In this document: positions 18,928-26,665 of the stretch, piece by piece
How positions within the stretch are numbered: the first letter of the stretch is position 1
Layout of the letters: each line of letters starts with the position of its first letter
Assembly: GCA_023150555.1 (NCBI GenBank)
Contig: JAKLKQ010000028.1
Span: 9,764-73,763, forward strand
Length of the DNA: 64,000 nucleotides
Reading direction: 5' to 3'
Origin: Planctomycetota bacterium
Lineage (GTDB): Bacteria; Planctomycetota; SZUA-567; H5-PLA8
Translations under genes and position numbers: made by a program
The notes under the pieces: generated by a model
Database searches by the model: none
Told to the model about the DNA's origin: nothing
What the model saw: the letters and a program-made list of their open reading frames with translations, nothing else

Positions 18928-19662
18928 ATGCGTTTCAGCGTGTGGATGTTCCTGTTCGTATTACTGGCTGCGGCAGGCTGTGGCGACGGAGCCAAGTCGG
19001 GCGCTAGTAGTGCTGGGGGCGCGGCCTCCGCGGCGGATGTGCCCGACGAACAGAAGCTGTGGCTGGTCATGACGAACAAGACGGGCGCCGACCTGTGGCA
19101 CTTCGACCTCGACGTCGGCGGCGAACACGTCACCTACCAGATCTTCAGCAACAACTACACCTTCAGCAGCATGGTCTACATCCAGGCGCCCGGCCCGCTG
19201 AAGCTGAGCTACCAGACGAAGAGCGAGGGCGGCGAGGCCAAGAGCGCCGACCTGGGCTTCACGGTCGAGCCCAAACTCAACGGCGGCAAGCTAAGCGTTA
19301 CCTTTCTGCCGAACGGCAAGGCCGAGACGCAGGCCATGCAGATCCGCAACGTGGCGTGGACGGAGGAGAACTCCACCGCCGCCTTTACCGTGCCCGCCGC
19401 GCAGAAGGTTTACGACGCGCTGGAACTGGGCATGAACGCCGCAGAGGTCGAGCTGGTGTGCGGTACGCGCCCGCAGGATGCGCCCACGTGGAGCATCGGC
19501 AAGCAGTACGGACTCCACGGAATGAAGGAAACCGTGGAGCTTCAAATCTGTCTGAAAGGCGGCAAGGTCGTGCGCGTAGCCTACTGCTATCCCAACGATC
19601 CGGACCAGAAGGGCAAGTTCATCGCTGAAAAAGGCGCTTCGGCCGACGGCTGGAGCAAATAG
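18928..19662 (+). CDS. Lipoprotein of unknown function
   Basis: GGAGGT RBS. MRFSVWMFLFVLLAAAGC is a lipobox signal peptide. No recognisable domain. Confidence 0.7.
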   Translation: MRFSVWMFLFVLLAAAGCGDGAKSGASSAGGAASAADVPDEQKLWLVMTNKTGADLWHFDLDVGGEHVTYQIFSNNYTFSSMVYIQAPGPLKLSYQTKSEGGEAKSADLGFTVEPKLNGGKLSVTFLPNGKAETQAMQIRNVAWTEENSTAAFTVPAAQKVYDALELGMNAAEVELVCGTRPQDAPTWSIGKQYGLHGMKETVELQICLKGGKVVRVAYCYPNDPDQKGKFIAEKGASADGWSK

Positions 19663-19796
19663 CCGCGCGGACTTCTTCCTGCCTAGTTTGCGTAAACCCT
19701 GAAACCGGCGGACGTTCCGCGCATCAAAATAATCCCGCAAGGCCTGCAACCCCTGCGGCTTCGGCGGGCCTTCCCTTGTAGAGGAAAGGATCGGGC

Positions 19797-21995
19797 ATGG
19801 CGCAGACGCAGACCGCGATCGAAACGGCGGAGGCCCTGGGCCGGCTGGCCCGGGCGCGTGACAGCGAAGCGTGGGGCGTGCTGCTGGAGCGGCACGGCCC
19901 AGCCGTGGACCGCGTCTGCCGCCGCATCCTGGGCGACGAGACCCTGGCCGAGGACGCCTGTCAGGAGACGTGGCTCCAGGTGCGCGCGCTGGCCGGGCGC
20001 TTCCGCGTTTTCGGGGGCGACGATTCGGCGCACGAGGCCGCCGCGCGCGGCTGGGTGCTGGCCATCGCGGCGAACGTGGCGTTGCACATGCAGCGCAAAC
20101 GGCACCGCGACCGCAACCGAGACGACGCCCATACGCGGGCCCGTACCGAGGCTTCCAGCGGGGAGGATGCCGCCATGGAGCGCGAACGCGCCGAAGCGGT
20201 GCAGCGCGAGCTGGCGGCACTGAACGAAGCCGACCGCACGCCCATCGTGATGCACTACTACGGTGGGTTGGGCTATGCGGAGTTGGCTGCGGCGCTGGAC
20301 TGCCCGGTCGGCACGGCCAAGGCTCGTGTCAGCCGGGGTCTGGAGAAGCTGCGCCAACGCCTGGCGCTGCTGGGCCTACTGCTGGCGCTGGGCGAGCTCG
20401 ATTCTTTCCTCGGCGGAACCGAAGCGCATGCGGCCGAAGGCGCCGCGGCTTCGGGGGCCGCGCTGTCGCCGGAGCGGCTCGCGCGCTGGCGCGACCTGCT
20501 GGACTCGAAGCGTGAACCGGCCATGCCCGGCATGGCCCCGAACCGAGGAGTAACGACGATGACCAAAGTGACAGCCATTGGCGCGGCCGTGCTGCTTGCG
20601 GCAGGCATTGCGCTGTGGGCAAAGCCCGGCAACGGTGCGGACTTCTCCGCTGGTGCGAATGAACCCAATGCGAAGGCAAAGGAAGGTCCAAAATCGATCC
20701 CAATCGAACCGTATCTTGCTCCGCCCGTGCCCCAACCGGAGGACGTCAGTCGCGCCGAGGCCGTGCGTCCTGTTGCGCCGGTGGCACCGGCCGCTCCGCT
20801 GGCCGATCCGAATAAGGCCGTGACGGAAGCCGAGAAGCGCGCGCTGGGCGAAGCGATCAATGCCTTCGCTGTGGATCTCTACGGCAAGCTGGCCGAAAAA
20901 CCCGGCAACCTGTTCGTCTCGCCCTACAGCGTCTCGACGGCGTTGGCGATGACCTGGGGCGGCTCGCGCGGCAACACCGCCGCCGAGATGGCGAAGGTGC
21001 TGCACATCGACGCGATGGGCGACCGTGCACACGACGCCTGCGGCGCCCTGATCGCGGAACTCAACGCGGAAAAGGGGCCTGACGGCAGGCCGCGCGGTTT
21101 CGAACTCGCCGTGGCCAACCGGCTCTTCGGGCAGAAGGGCTACCCGTTCCTGGTCCCGTTCGTGGCGTTGACAAAGGACCGCTACGCCGCGCCGCTGGAA
21201 GGACTGGATTTCAAGGCGGACGCGGAGGGCGCTCGCAAGCGCATCAACGCATGGGCCGAGGAGAAGACGCGCAGCCGGATCAAGGACCTGATTTCCGAAG
21301 GCGGCCTGAGCGAAGACGCGCGGCTGGTCCTGGTCAACGCGATCTACTTCAAGGGCAACTGGGAGGCGAAGTTCGACGAGAAGGCGACCTCCGCGCAGGC
21401 CTTCCACCTGGACGGAGGAAAGGCGGTGCAGGCCCCGTTGATGCAGCAGACGAACCAATTTGCATACAAGGAGATCGACGGCCGGCTGCAGGTGCTCGAG
21501 TTGCCTTACACCGGCGGGGAACTCGCGATGGTGGTGCTCCTACCCGATGCGAAGTGGGGCTTGGCGGGCTTGGAAAAGGACCTGACGCCGGCCAACCTGG
21601 CCGCCTGGACCGAAGGGCTGGAAGAGCAAGAGGCCAAGGTCTTCCTGCCGAAATTCAAGCAAACCTGGGGAAGCACGGACCTGTCTAAAGCCCTCATCGC
21701 GCTTGGCATGAAAGACGCTTTCGCATGGGAAAGCTCGCGCTTCGACGGCATCAGCAACGCCAAACCTATGCTGTGGATCTCCAATGTGCTGCACAAAACC
21801 TTCGTGGAGGTCAACGAGAAAGGCACCGAGGCCGCGGGCGCTACGGCGGTGGTCCTGTTGGATGGGGCACCGCCTCGTACTACGAAGAAACTGGTCGTGT
21901 TCCGCGCCGACCGGCCGTTCCTGTACGCGATCCGGCACAAGGCCAGCGGCGCGATCCTGTTCCTGGGCCGCGTGATGGACCCCACGAAGGAGTAG
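19797..21995 (+). CDS. Single ORF: ECF sigma factor - linker - TM helix - Pro/Ala-rich linker - complete serpin domain
   Basis: Sigma region 2 is TLAEDACQETWLQVRA; region 4 is TPIVMHYYGGLGYAELAAALDCPVGTAKARVSRGLEKL. There is no in-frame stop until 21995. TM helix VTAIGAAVLLAAGIALWA. Serpin motifs are FAVDLYGKL..NLFVSPYSVSTALAM, the hinge GTEAAGATAVV and FRADRPFLYAIRH. Confidence 0.7.
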   Translation: MAQTQTAIETAEALGRLARARDSEAWGVLLERHGPAVDRVCRRILGDETLAEDACQETWLQVRALAGRFRVFGGDDSAHEAAARGWVLAIAANVALHMQRKRHRDRNRDDAHTRARTEASSGEDAAMERERAEAVQRELAALNEADRTPIVMHYYGGLGYAELAAALDCPVGTAKARVSRGLEKLRQRLALLGLLLALGELDSFLGGTEAHAAEGAAASGAALSPERLARWRDLLDSKREPAMPGMAPNRGVTTMTKVTAIGAAVLLAAGIALWAKPGNGADFSAGANEPNAKAKEGPKSIPIEPYLAPPVPQPEDVSRAEAVRPVAPVAPAAPLADPNKAVTEAEKRALGEAINAFAVDLYGKLAEKPGNLFVSPYSVSTALAMTWGGSRGNTAAEMAKVLHIDAMGDRAHDACGALIAELNAEKGPDGRPRGFELAVANRLFGQKGYPFLVPFVALTKDRYAAPLEGLDFKADAEGARKRINAWAEEKTRSRIKDLISEGGLSEDARLVLVNAIYFKGNWEAKFDEKATSAQAFHLDGGKAVQAPLMQQTNQFAYKEIDGRLQVLELPYTGGELAMVVLLPDAKWGLAGLEKDLTPANLAAWTEGLEEQEAKVFLPKFKQTWGSTDLSKALIALGMKDAFAWESSRFDGISNAKPMLWISNVLHKTFVEVNEKGTEAAGATAVVLLDGAPPRTTKKLVVFRADRPFLYAIRHKASGAILFLGRVMDPTKE

Positions 21996-22033
21996 CATTC
22001 GAGCCGTAACTCGAGCCATCAAAGAAGGTTAAG

Positions 22034-22064
22034 GCGCGCCGGCGGGATTCTTCCCCCGGCGCGC
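22034..22064 (+). terminator. GC-rich hairpin downstream of the sigma-serpin ORF
   Basis: 9-bp stem GCGCGCCGG/CCGGCGCGC (22034-22042 / 22056-22064). It is followed directly by an AT-rich segment, with no clean T run. Confidence 0.45.
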
Positions 22065-22093
22065 TTGACTTCTGATTATATGTACAGTAATTT
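22065..22093 (+). promoter_or_regulatory. Sigma70-like promoter TTGACT-N17-TAATTT with overlapping inverted repeats
   Basis: TTGACT (22065-22070), a 17-nt spacer, then TAATTT (22088-22093), in the most AT-rich stretch of the region. The -10 hexamer is flanked by TACAG/CTGTA. Confidence 0.4.
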
Positions 22094-22145
22094 CTGTATA
22101 GACAGAAAGTAATGAAACCTGACACGCGGTCAAAGGAGGTGGGGC

Positions 22146-22559
22146 ATGTTCAACGCAACGGTCTGGTCCTACGCGTTCTACCTGGCGATCAGCGTCGCCC
22201 TGACGGTCTGGGTCGCGCAGACGCTCTTCAAGAACGGCCGCGTCCTCCTGGTCGACACTTTCCTGGGCAACACGGCTCTGGCCGACAGCGTCAACCACCT
22301 GTTGGTGGTCGGCTTCTACCTGATCAACATCGGGTACGTGACGCTGGCGCTGAAGTACGGCGAGAAGCCCGGGAATCTGCAGGAAGCCATCGAGTTCTTC
22401 AGCACGAAAATCGGCCTGGTGCTGCTGGTGCTGGGCGCGATGCACTTCAGCAACCTGTACGTCTTCAGCCGCATGCGCAAGCGCGCGCTGCTGCACGCCG
22501 CCCCGCCGCCGGTGGCGCCGCAGGAACGCCTGAACGCGCCCCAGGCCGCCAAGGTTTGA
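22146..22559 (+). CDS. Membrane protein of unknown function (3-4 TM)
   Basis: AAAGGAGG RBS. Hydrophobic segments are WSYAFYLAISVALTVWV, LLVVGFYLINIGYVTLAL and GLVLLVLGAMHF. Confidence 0.7.
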   Translation: MFNATVWSYAFYLAISVALTVWVAQTLFKNGRVLLVDTFLGNTALADSVNHLLVVGFYLINIGYVTLALKYGEKPGNLQEAIEFFSTKIGLVLLVLGAMHFSNLYVFSRMRKRALLHAAPPPVAPQERLNAPQAAKV

Positions 22560-22592
22560 CTGGGCGGCGAAAAGAGGAAAGGAGGCCACGCC

Positions 22593-23036
22593 ATGAAACG
22601 CCTGACGATCCTCTACGATGCGCAGTGCGCCGTCTGCCGCTTCTGCCGAGCCTGGATGGAAGAACAACCGGCCTACCTGGAGCTGGTCTTCTATCCGCGG
22701 CAGGCCCTTGGCGCGGTCGAACGATTCGCCGAGTTGCAGGGGCGCATTGCTCCCGACGAACTGGTCGCGGTGGACGACGAAGGCGGCGTCTACCGGGGCG
22801 ATGCCGCGTACCTGATGTGCTTGTACGCGCTGGAAGAGTACCGCGCGTGGTCGCTGCGCCTGGCCGAGCCCGCGCTGCGTCCACTGGCGGCGCGCTTCTT
22901 CCGCGTGCTGGCGGCCAACCGCTACAGGTTCTCGAAGTGGCTCGCGCCCAGGGACGCCGCTGTGTTGGAAACGGCGTACGAGCAACGTGGGGTGCCGCGA
23001 AGTGGGCCGCCCGCGCCGAGTTGCCCGGAATGCTGA
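22593..23036 (+). CDS. DCC-family thiol-disulfide oxidoreductase (DUF393)
   Basis: GAAAGGAGG RBS. ILYDAQCAVCRFC is the N-terminal CxxC of the DCC1-like family, and the size fits. Confidence 0.8.
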   Translation: MKRLTILYDAQCAVCRFCRAWMEEQPAYLELVFYPRQALGAVERFAELQGRIAPDELVAVDDEGGVYRGDAAYLMCLYALEEYRAWSLRLAEPALRPLAARFFRVLAANRYRFSKWLAPRDAAVLETAYEQRGVPRSGPPAPSCPEC

Positions 23037-23068
23037 AAACAAAGAGGCCGGCCCTTTGCGGGGCCGGC
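23034..23068 (-). terminator. Intrinsic terminator for the SWIB gene (shared convergent hairpin)
   Basis: Stem GCCGGCCC/GGGCCGGC (23047-23054 / 23061-23068). On the minus strand it is followed by TCTTTGTTTTCA. Confidence 0.5.
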
Positions 23069-23097
23069 GTCTTCACGTGTCTCGAAGCGAGCGCGGA

Positions 23098-23361
23098 TCA
23101 GGCGGTCTTGGTCAGGTGCTTGCCGACCAGCTTGGTCATCTCGAACATGCTGACGCGATCCTTGCCGCCGAAGATGGCCTTCAGCTTGGCGTCGGCGATG
23201 ATGGTGCGCTTCTCCTTGGGATCCTGGAGATTGTGCTTCTTGATGTAATCCCAGAGCTTCTTGGTTACTTCGGTGCGCGGAAGAGCGGCCGCGCCGACGA
23301 TCTCGGCGAGTTCCGCGCTGGGCTTCACCGGCTTGAAGAAGGCCGATTTCTTGTCTGCCAT
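23098..23361 (-). CDS. SWIB/MDM2-domain protein
   Basis: ELAEIVGAAALPRTEVTKKLWDYIKKHNLQDPKEKRTIIADAKLKAIFG is a SWIB domain. GGAGG lies 9 nt upstream of ATG 23361 (track start 23370 is too close to the RBS). Confidence 0.85.
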   Translation of the reverse strand: MADKKSAFFKPVKPSAELAEIVGAAALPRTEVTKKLWDYIKKHNLQDPKEKRTIIADAKLKAIFGGKDRVSMFEMTKLVGKHLTKTA

Positions 23362-23523
23362 CGGGTACATCCTCCTGGAAGGGCCGAATCGGTCATGGCC
23401 GAAGCGGCTGCACGACCCCCCGTACGACGTTCGGCGAATGCCTACGATCGTACCTGTATCGGTCGTTTTTGTGAATCGGCTGAATCAAAAGAAGTTACGC
23501 CCTAGGTGCGCAACGCAAATCCT

Positions 23524-24546
23524 TTATTTATTTGAAGTTGTGGACTTCGACCGGCGCCTGGGGCGGCGCCGGCGCCGCGGGGCGGCCGCCGTGCTCCCCT
23601 CGGAGGGCTTCGCCGGGGCCTCGGCGGAGGCGCTCACGGCGGGCGCTTCTTCAATCACGGCCTTGCGCGAGGCGTTGCTGCGGCGCGCGGGCGCCTTGGC
23701 GCTGTGCGCGGCGGCCTCCGCGGGCTCGGGGGCTTCGGGGGCCGGGGTGCCTGCCGACGCCTTAGCCGCGGGCCGTGGGCCGCCCTCGACCAGTTCGGCG
23801 CCGAAGCGCGTGACGTAGTAGCTGCGGCGGGCCTCGTCGCGCCCCAACTCCACCAGGCTGTGGGACGCGGCATCCTCAAGCAGCCGCGAGAAGGTCTTGT
23901 ATCCGTAGTAGCCCTCGTTGAAGGAAGGGCGCTTGCGGCGGATGGTCTCCTTGATCAGGCTGGGCCAGAGCACGTCGCGGCTTTCGCGTCGCAGCGCGGC
24001 GAGGGATTCCAGCAGGAGCGCGAAGCACTTGCGCTTGCGCTCGGGCAGCGCCTGCAGCTCGGGCAGGTCGGGGACGTCCTCTTCCTTGGTCAGGTCTTCG
24101 TAGTAGATGAACTCGTCGCAGTTGTCGCGCAGCAGCTCGCTGGTGCTGGCCTGCATGCCCAGGCCGATGACGTGCTTACCGTTTTCCTTGAGCTTGCTGA
24201 CCAGGGGCGAAAAGTCGCTGTCGCCGCTGACGATGGCGAAGGTGTCGATGTGGGCCTTGGCGAAGCACAGGTCCATGGCGTCGACGACCAGGCGGATGTC
24301 GGCGGAGTTCTTGCCGGTCATCTGGCGGCGCGGAATCTCGATGAGTTCGATGGCCGATTCGTGCAGTTCGGTGGTGAAGGACTGGAAACGCTTCCAGTCG
24401 GCATAGGCACGCTTGACCACGATGTGGCCCTTCTCGACCAGGCGCGCGAGCACCCGGTCGATGTGAAAGCGCTCGTTCTGGTTTCGAAAGCCCAGCGCGA
24501 GGTTCTCGAAGTCGATGAATACGGCGAGTTGTTTCTGTCCGTCCAT
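23524..24546 (-). CDS. NYN (LabA-like) nuclease domain + OST-HTH/LOTUS domain protein with Ala/Arg-rich tail
   Basis: LAVFIDFENL ... FAIVSGDSDFSPLVSKLKENGKHVIG is the NYN/LabA core. The central part is LOTUS-like (LWPSLIKETIRRKRPSFNEGYYGYKTFSRLLEDA). The tail is RRRRRPRRRSK. Confidence 0.85.
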   Translation of the reverse strand: MDGQKQLAVFIDFENLALGFRNQNERFHIDRVLARLVEKGHIVVKRAYADWKRFQSFTTELHESAIELIEIPRRQMTGKNSADIRLVVDAMDLCFAKAHIDTFAIVSGDSDFSPLVSKLKENGKHVIGLGMQASTSELLRDNCDEFIYYEDLTKEEDVPDLPELQALPERKRKCFALLLESLAALRRESRDVLWPSLIKETIRRKRPSFNEGYYGYKTFSRLLEDAASHSLVELGRDEARRSYYVTRFGAELVEGGPRPAAKASAGTPAPEAPEPAEAAAHSAKAPARRSNASRKAVIEEAPAVSASAEAPAKPSEGSTAAAPRRRRRPRRRSKSTTSNK

Positions 24547-24631
24547 GACGGCTTTCCTTTCAATGGTGACGGCGGAGATTGTACAGAAAAGCCGCGGCCG
24601 CGGTTATCTCCAAAAGCGCCCGGGCTGCGGT

Positions 24632-24672
24632 CCCTCGCGGACGGCCGCGGGGCGGCGGCCGTTCCGCGAGGG
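24632..24672. other. Very stable GC hairpin between infA and the NYN gene
   Basis: CCCTCGCGGA-CGGCCGC ... GCGGCCG-T-TCCGCGAGGG gives about 17 paired positions with one bulge. Confidence 0.4.
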
Positions 24673-24724
24673 ATGCGGTTGGAATGCGTCGGCGAATGGT
24701 GCGGAATGCTTTGGGGCTACGGCT

Positions 24725-24943
24725 TCAGCGCGGGCGGTAGATGATGCGGCCTTTCGTCAAATCGTACGGCGACATGGCGACGCGCACGCGGTCGCCGGGC
24801 AGGACGCGGATGTAGAAGCGCCGCATCTTGCCGCTGAGGTACGCGAGTATCTCGTGGCCGTTGTCCAGTTTGACCCGGAAGTTCGCGTTGGGCAGCGCTT
24901 CCTGGACCGTACCTTCGATTTCGATGGCTTCTTCTTTGGCCAT
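24725..24943 (-). CDS. infA: Translation initiation factor IF-1
   Basis: [70 protein letters not shown] is near-canonical IF-1. GGGAG RBS. Confidence 0.95.
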   Translation of the reverse strand: MAKEEAIEIEGTVQEALPNANFRVKLDNGHEILAYLSGKMRRFYIRVLPGDRVRVAMSPYDLTKGRIIYRPR

Positions 24944-25023
24944 GATACTCCCTGTCGTTGCGCCCTGCTTGCGCAGACCCTGCTGCCCAGAAACGTTTTC
25001 GGGGGATCGGGCGGGCCCTGCGA

Positions 25024-25060
25024 TTTAAAAGACCGGCGGGGAGTCGACGCTCCCCGCCGG
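25024..25060 (-). terminator. Rho-independent terminator of cspA
   Basis: Perfect 11-bp stem CCGGCGGGGAG/CTCCCCGCCGG (25033-25043 / 25050-25060). On the minus strand it is followed by TCTTTTAAATC. Confidence 0.6.
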
Positions 25061-25081
25061 CGAATCCCTTGGCTCGTAGCC

Positions 25082-25297
25082 TTAATCGTCGGACTGGACC
25101 GGGCGGACCTTGGTGGCCTTCGGGCCCTTATCCGAGTCAACCGTCTCGAATTCGACCACCTGACCCTCCTGCAGGGTGCGGAAGCCCTCGGCCTGGATCT
25201 CCGAGTGGTGAACGAACAGGTCCTTCTCGCCGCTATCCGGCGTGATGAACCCGTAGCCCTTCTGGTCATTGAACCACTTCACTTTGCCCCTTGCCAT
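25082..25297 (-). CDS. cspA: Cold-shock protein (CspA family)
   Basis: [34 protein letters not shown] carries the RNP1/RNP2 motifs. GGAAGGAG RBS. Start at 25297 inside track ORF 25082..25345. Confidence 0.95.
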   Translation of the reverse strand: MARGKVKWFNDQKGYGFITPDSGEKDLFVHHSEIQAEGFRTLQEGQVVEFETVDSDKGPKATKVRPVQSDD

Positions 25298-25530
25298 TCG
25301 CCTGCTCCTTCCAACAAAAACAAAGCCGGACGGCCCCAAAGCCAACCATCACCAGAGATGGATTATAAGCCAGAGCGTCCACAGGACATGGTAGGGGGTC
25401 ACGGTTTAAGAGCAAGTCGCTTCACGGGAGCCCGCGGCGGCCCGAAGGATTGAAGGCTGGCGCTGGCGGAGCGTCCCGGCTTGCAATTGCGGGGCGCTCA
25501 CGTACCCTGAAACGCCTGTGAAACAGGACC

Positions 25531-25568
25531 CGGGCGGGAGGCGCTAAGGACGCGCCCGCCCGCCTTTT
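25531..25568 (+). terminator. Orphan terminator-like hairpin 40 nt upstream of accA
   Basis: CGGGCGGG (25531-25538) pairs with CCCGCCCG (25555-25562), followed by CCTTTTCC. There is no upstream + strand CDS. Confidence 0.35.
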
Positions 25569-25609
25569 CCGAGAACGAGACCGTCGAGGGAGCACGCGCT
25601 CACGCAACC

Positions 25610-26617
25610 ATGGCCGCCACCCTGCCGCTGACTACCTATTACCTGCCCTTTGAGGAAAAGCTCAAGCAGGTCGAAGAGCAGATCCGCAAACTCGAGGAAC
25701 TCTCCGTCACCAACGCGCTGGACGTGCGCGAGGAGGTCGAAAGCCTCTGCGCCAAGCGCGAGGACTGCCTGCGCAAGATCTACGAGCAGCTGACGCCTTG
25801 GGACCGCATCCAGGTCGCGCGCCACGTGCAGCGCCCGCAGACGATGGACTACGTGGACCGCATCTGCAGCGAGTTCCTGGAGCTGCACGGCGACCGCGCC
25901 TTCGCTGACGACCGCGCGATCGTCTCCGGCTTCGCCACCATCGACGGCGTGCGCGTGATGCTGATCGGCCAGCACAAGGGCCGCGACGTCTACGAGCGCT
26001 CCCAGTGCAACTTCGGCATGCCGCAGCCCGAGGGCTACCGCAAGGCGCTGTGGAAGTTCAAGCTTGCCGAAAAGTACGGCCTCCCGGTGCTGTTCATCAT
26101 CGACACCAAGGGCGCGGCCGCGGCCATCGAAGCCGAGGAGCGCGGGCAGTCGCAGGCCATCGCCTACAACCTGATGGTGCTCAGCGGCCTGAAGGTCCCC
26201 ATCGTGTGCGTGGTGATCGGCGAAGGCGGCAGCGGCGGCGCGCTGGGCATCGGCGTCGGCGACCGCTTTCTGATGCAGGAGTACGCCTACTTCAGCGTCA
26301 TCGCGCCCGAAGGCTGCGCCTCGATCCTGTGGCGCGACGCCAGCAAATTCGCCGAGGCCGCCAAGGCCATGCGCATCACCGCGCCGGAGATCAAGCAGTT
26401 GGGCATTGCCGACGAGATCATCGGCGAACCCCTGGGCGGCGCGCACCGCGACCCCGACGCGGCCGCGAACATGCTGAAGGACGCCGTCGCGCGGAACTTC
26501 CGCGAACTGCTGCAGATCCCCATCGACCGGCTGCTCGAGGAACGCTACAAGAAGCTGCGCAGCATCGGCGCGTGGCTCGAGAACGGCGCCAAGCAGGGCA
26601 GCGCGGCGGGGGCGTAA
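25610..26617 (+). CDS. accA: Acetyl-CoA carboxylase carboxyltransferase alpha subunit
   Basis: LTPWDRIQVARHVQRPQTMDY, GDRAFADDRAIVSGFA, FGMPQPEGYRKALW and IDTKGA are AccA motifs. Confidence 0.95.
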   Translation: MAATLPLTTYYLPFEEKLKQVEEQIRKLEELSVTNALDVREEVESLCAKREDCLRKIYEQLTPWDRIQVARHVQRPQTMDYVDRICSEFLELHGDRAFADDRAIVSGFATIDGVRVMLIGQHKGRDVYERSQCNFGMPQPEGYRKALWKFKLAEKYGLPVLFIIDTKGAAAAIEAEERGQSQAIAYNLMVLSGLKVPIVCVVIGEGGSGGALGIGVGDRFLMQEYAYFSVIAPEGCASILWRDASKFAEAAKAMRITAPEIKQLGIADEIIGEPLGGAHRDPDAAANMLKDAVARNFRELLQIPIDRLLEERYKKLRSIGAWLENGAKQGSAAGA

Positions 26618-26665
26618 GCCGACCGCGTCTGATCGATTGCTTCCGAGTTTTATCCGGAACGCGCG

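Noticed and set aside
19797-20558. Annotating the sigma part and the serpin part as two separate genes
   Set aside because: No stop codon exists in frame between them, so a stand-alone sigma CDS cannot be delimited from this sequence. The possible internal start at 20559 is reported as a finding instead.
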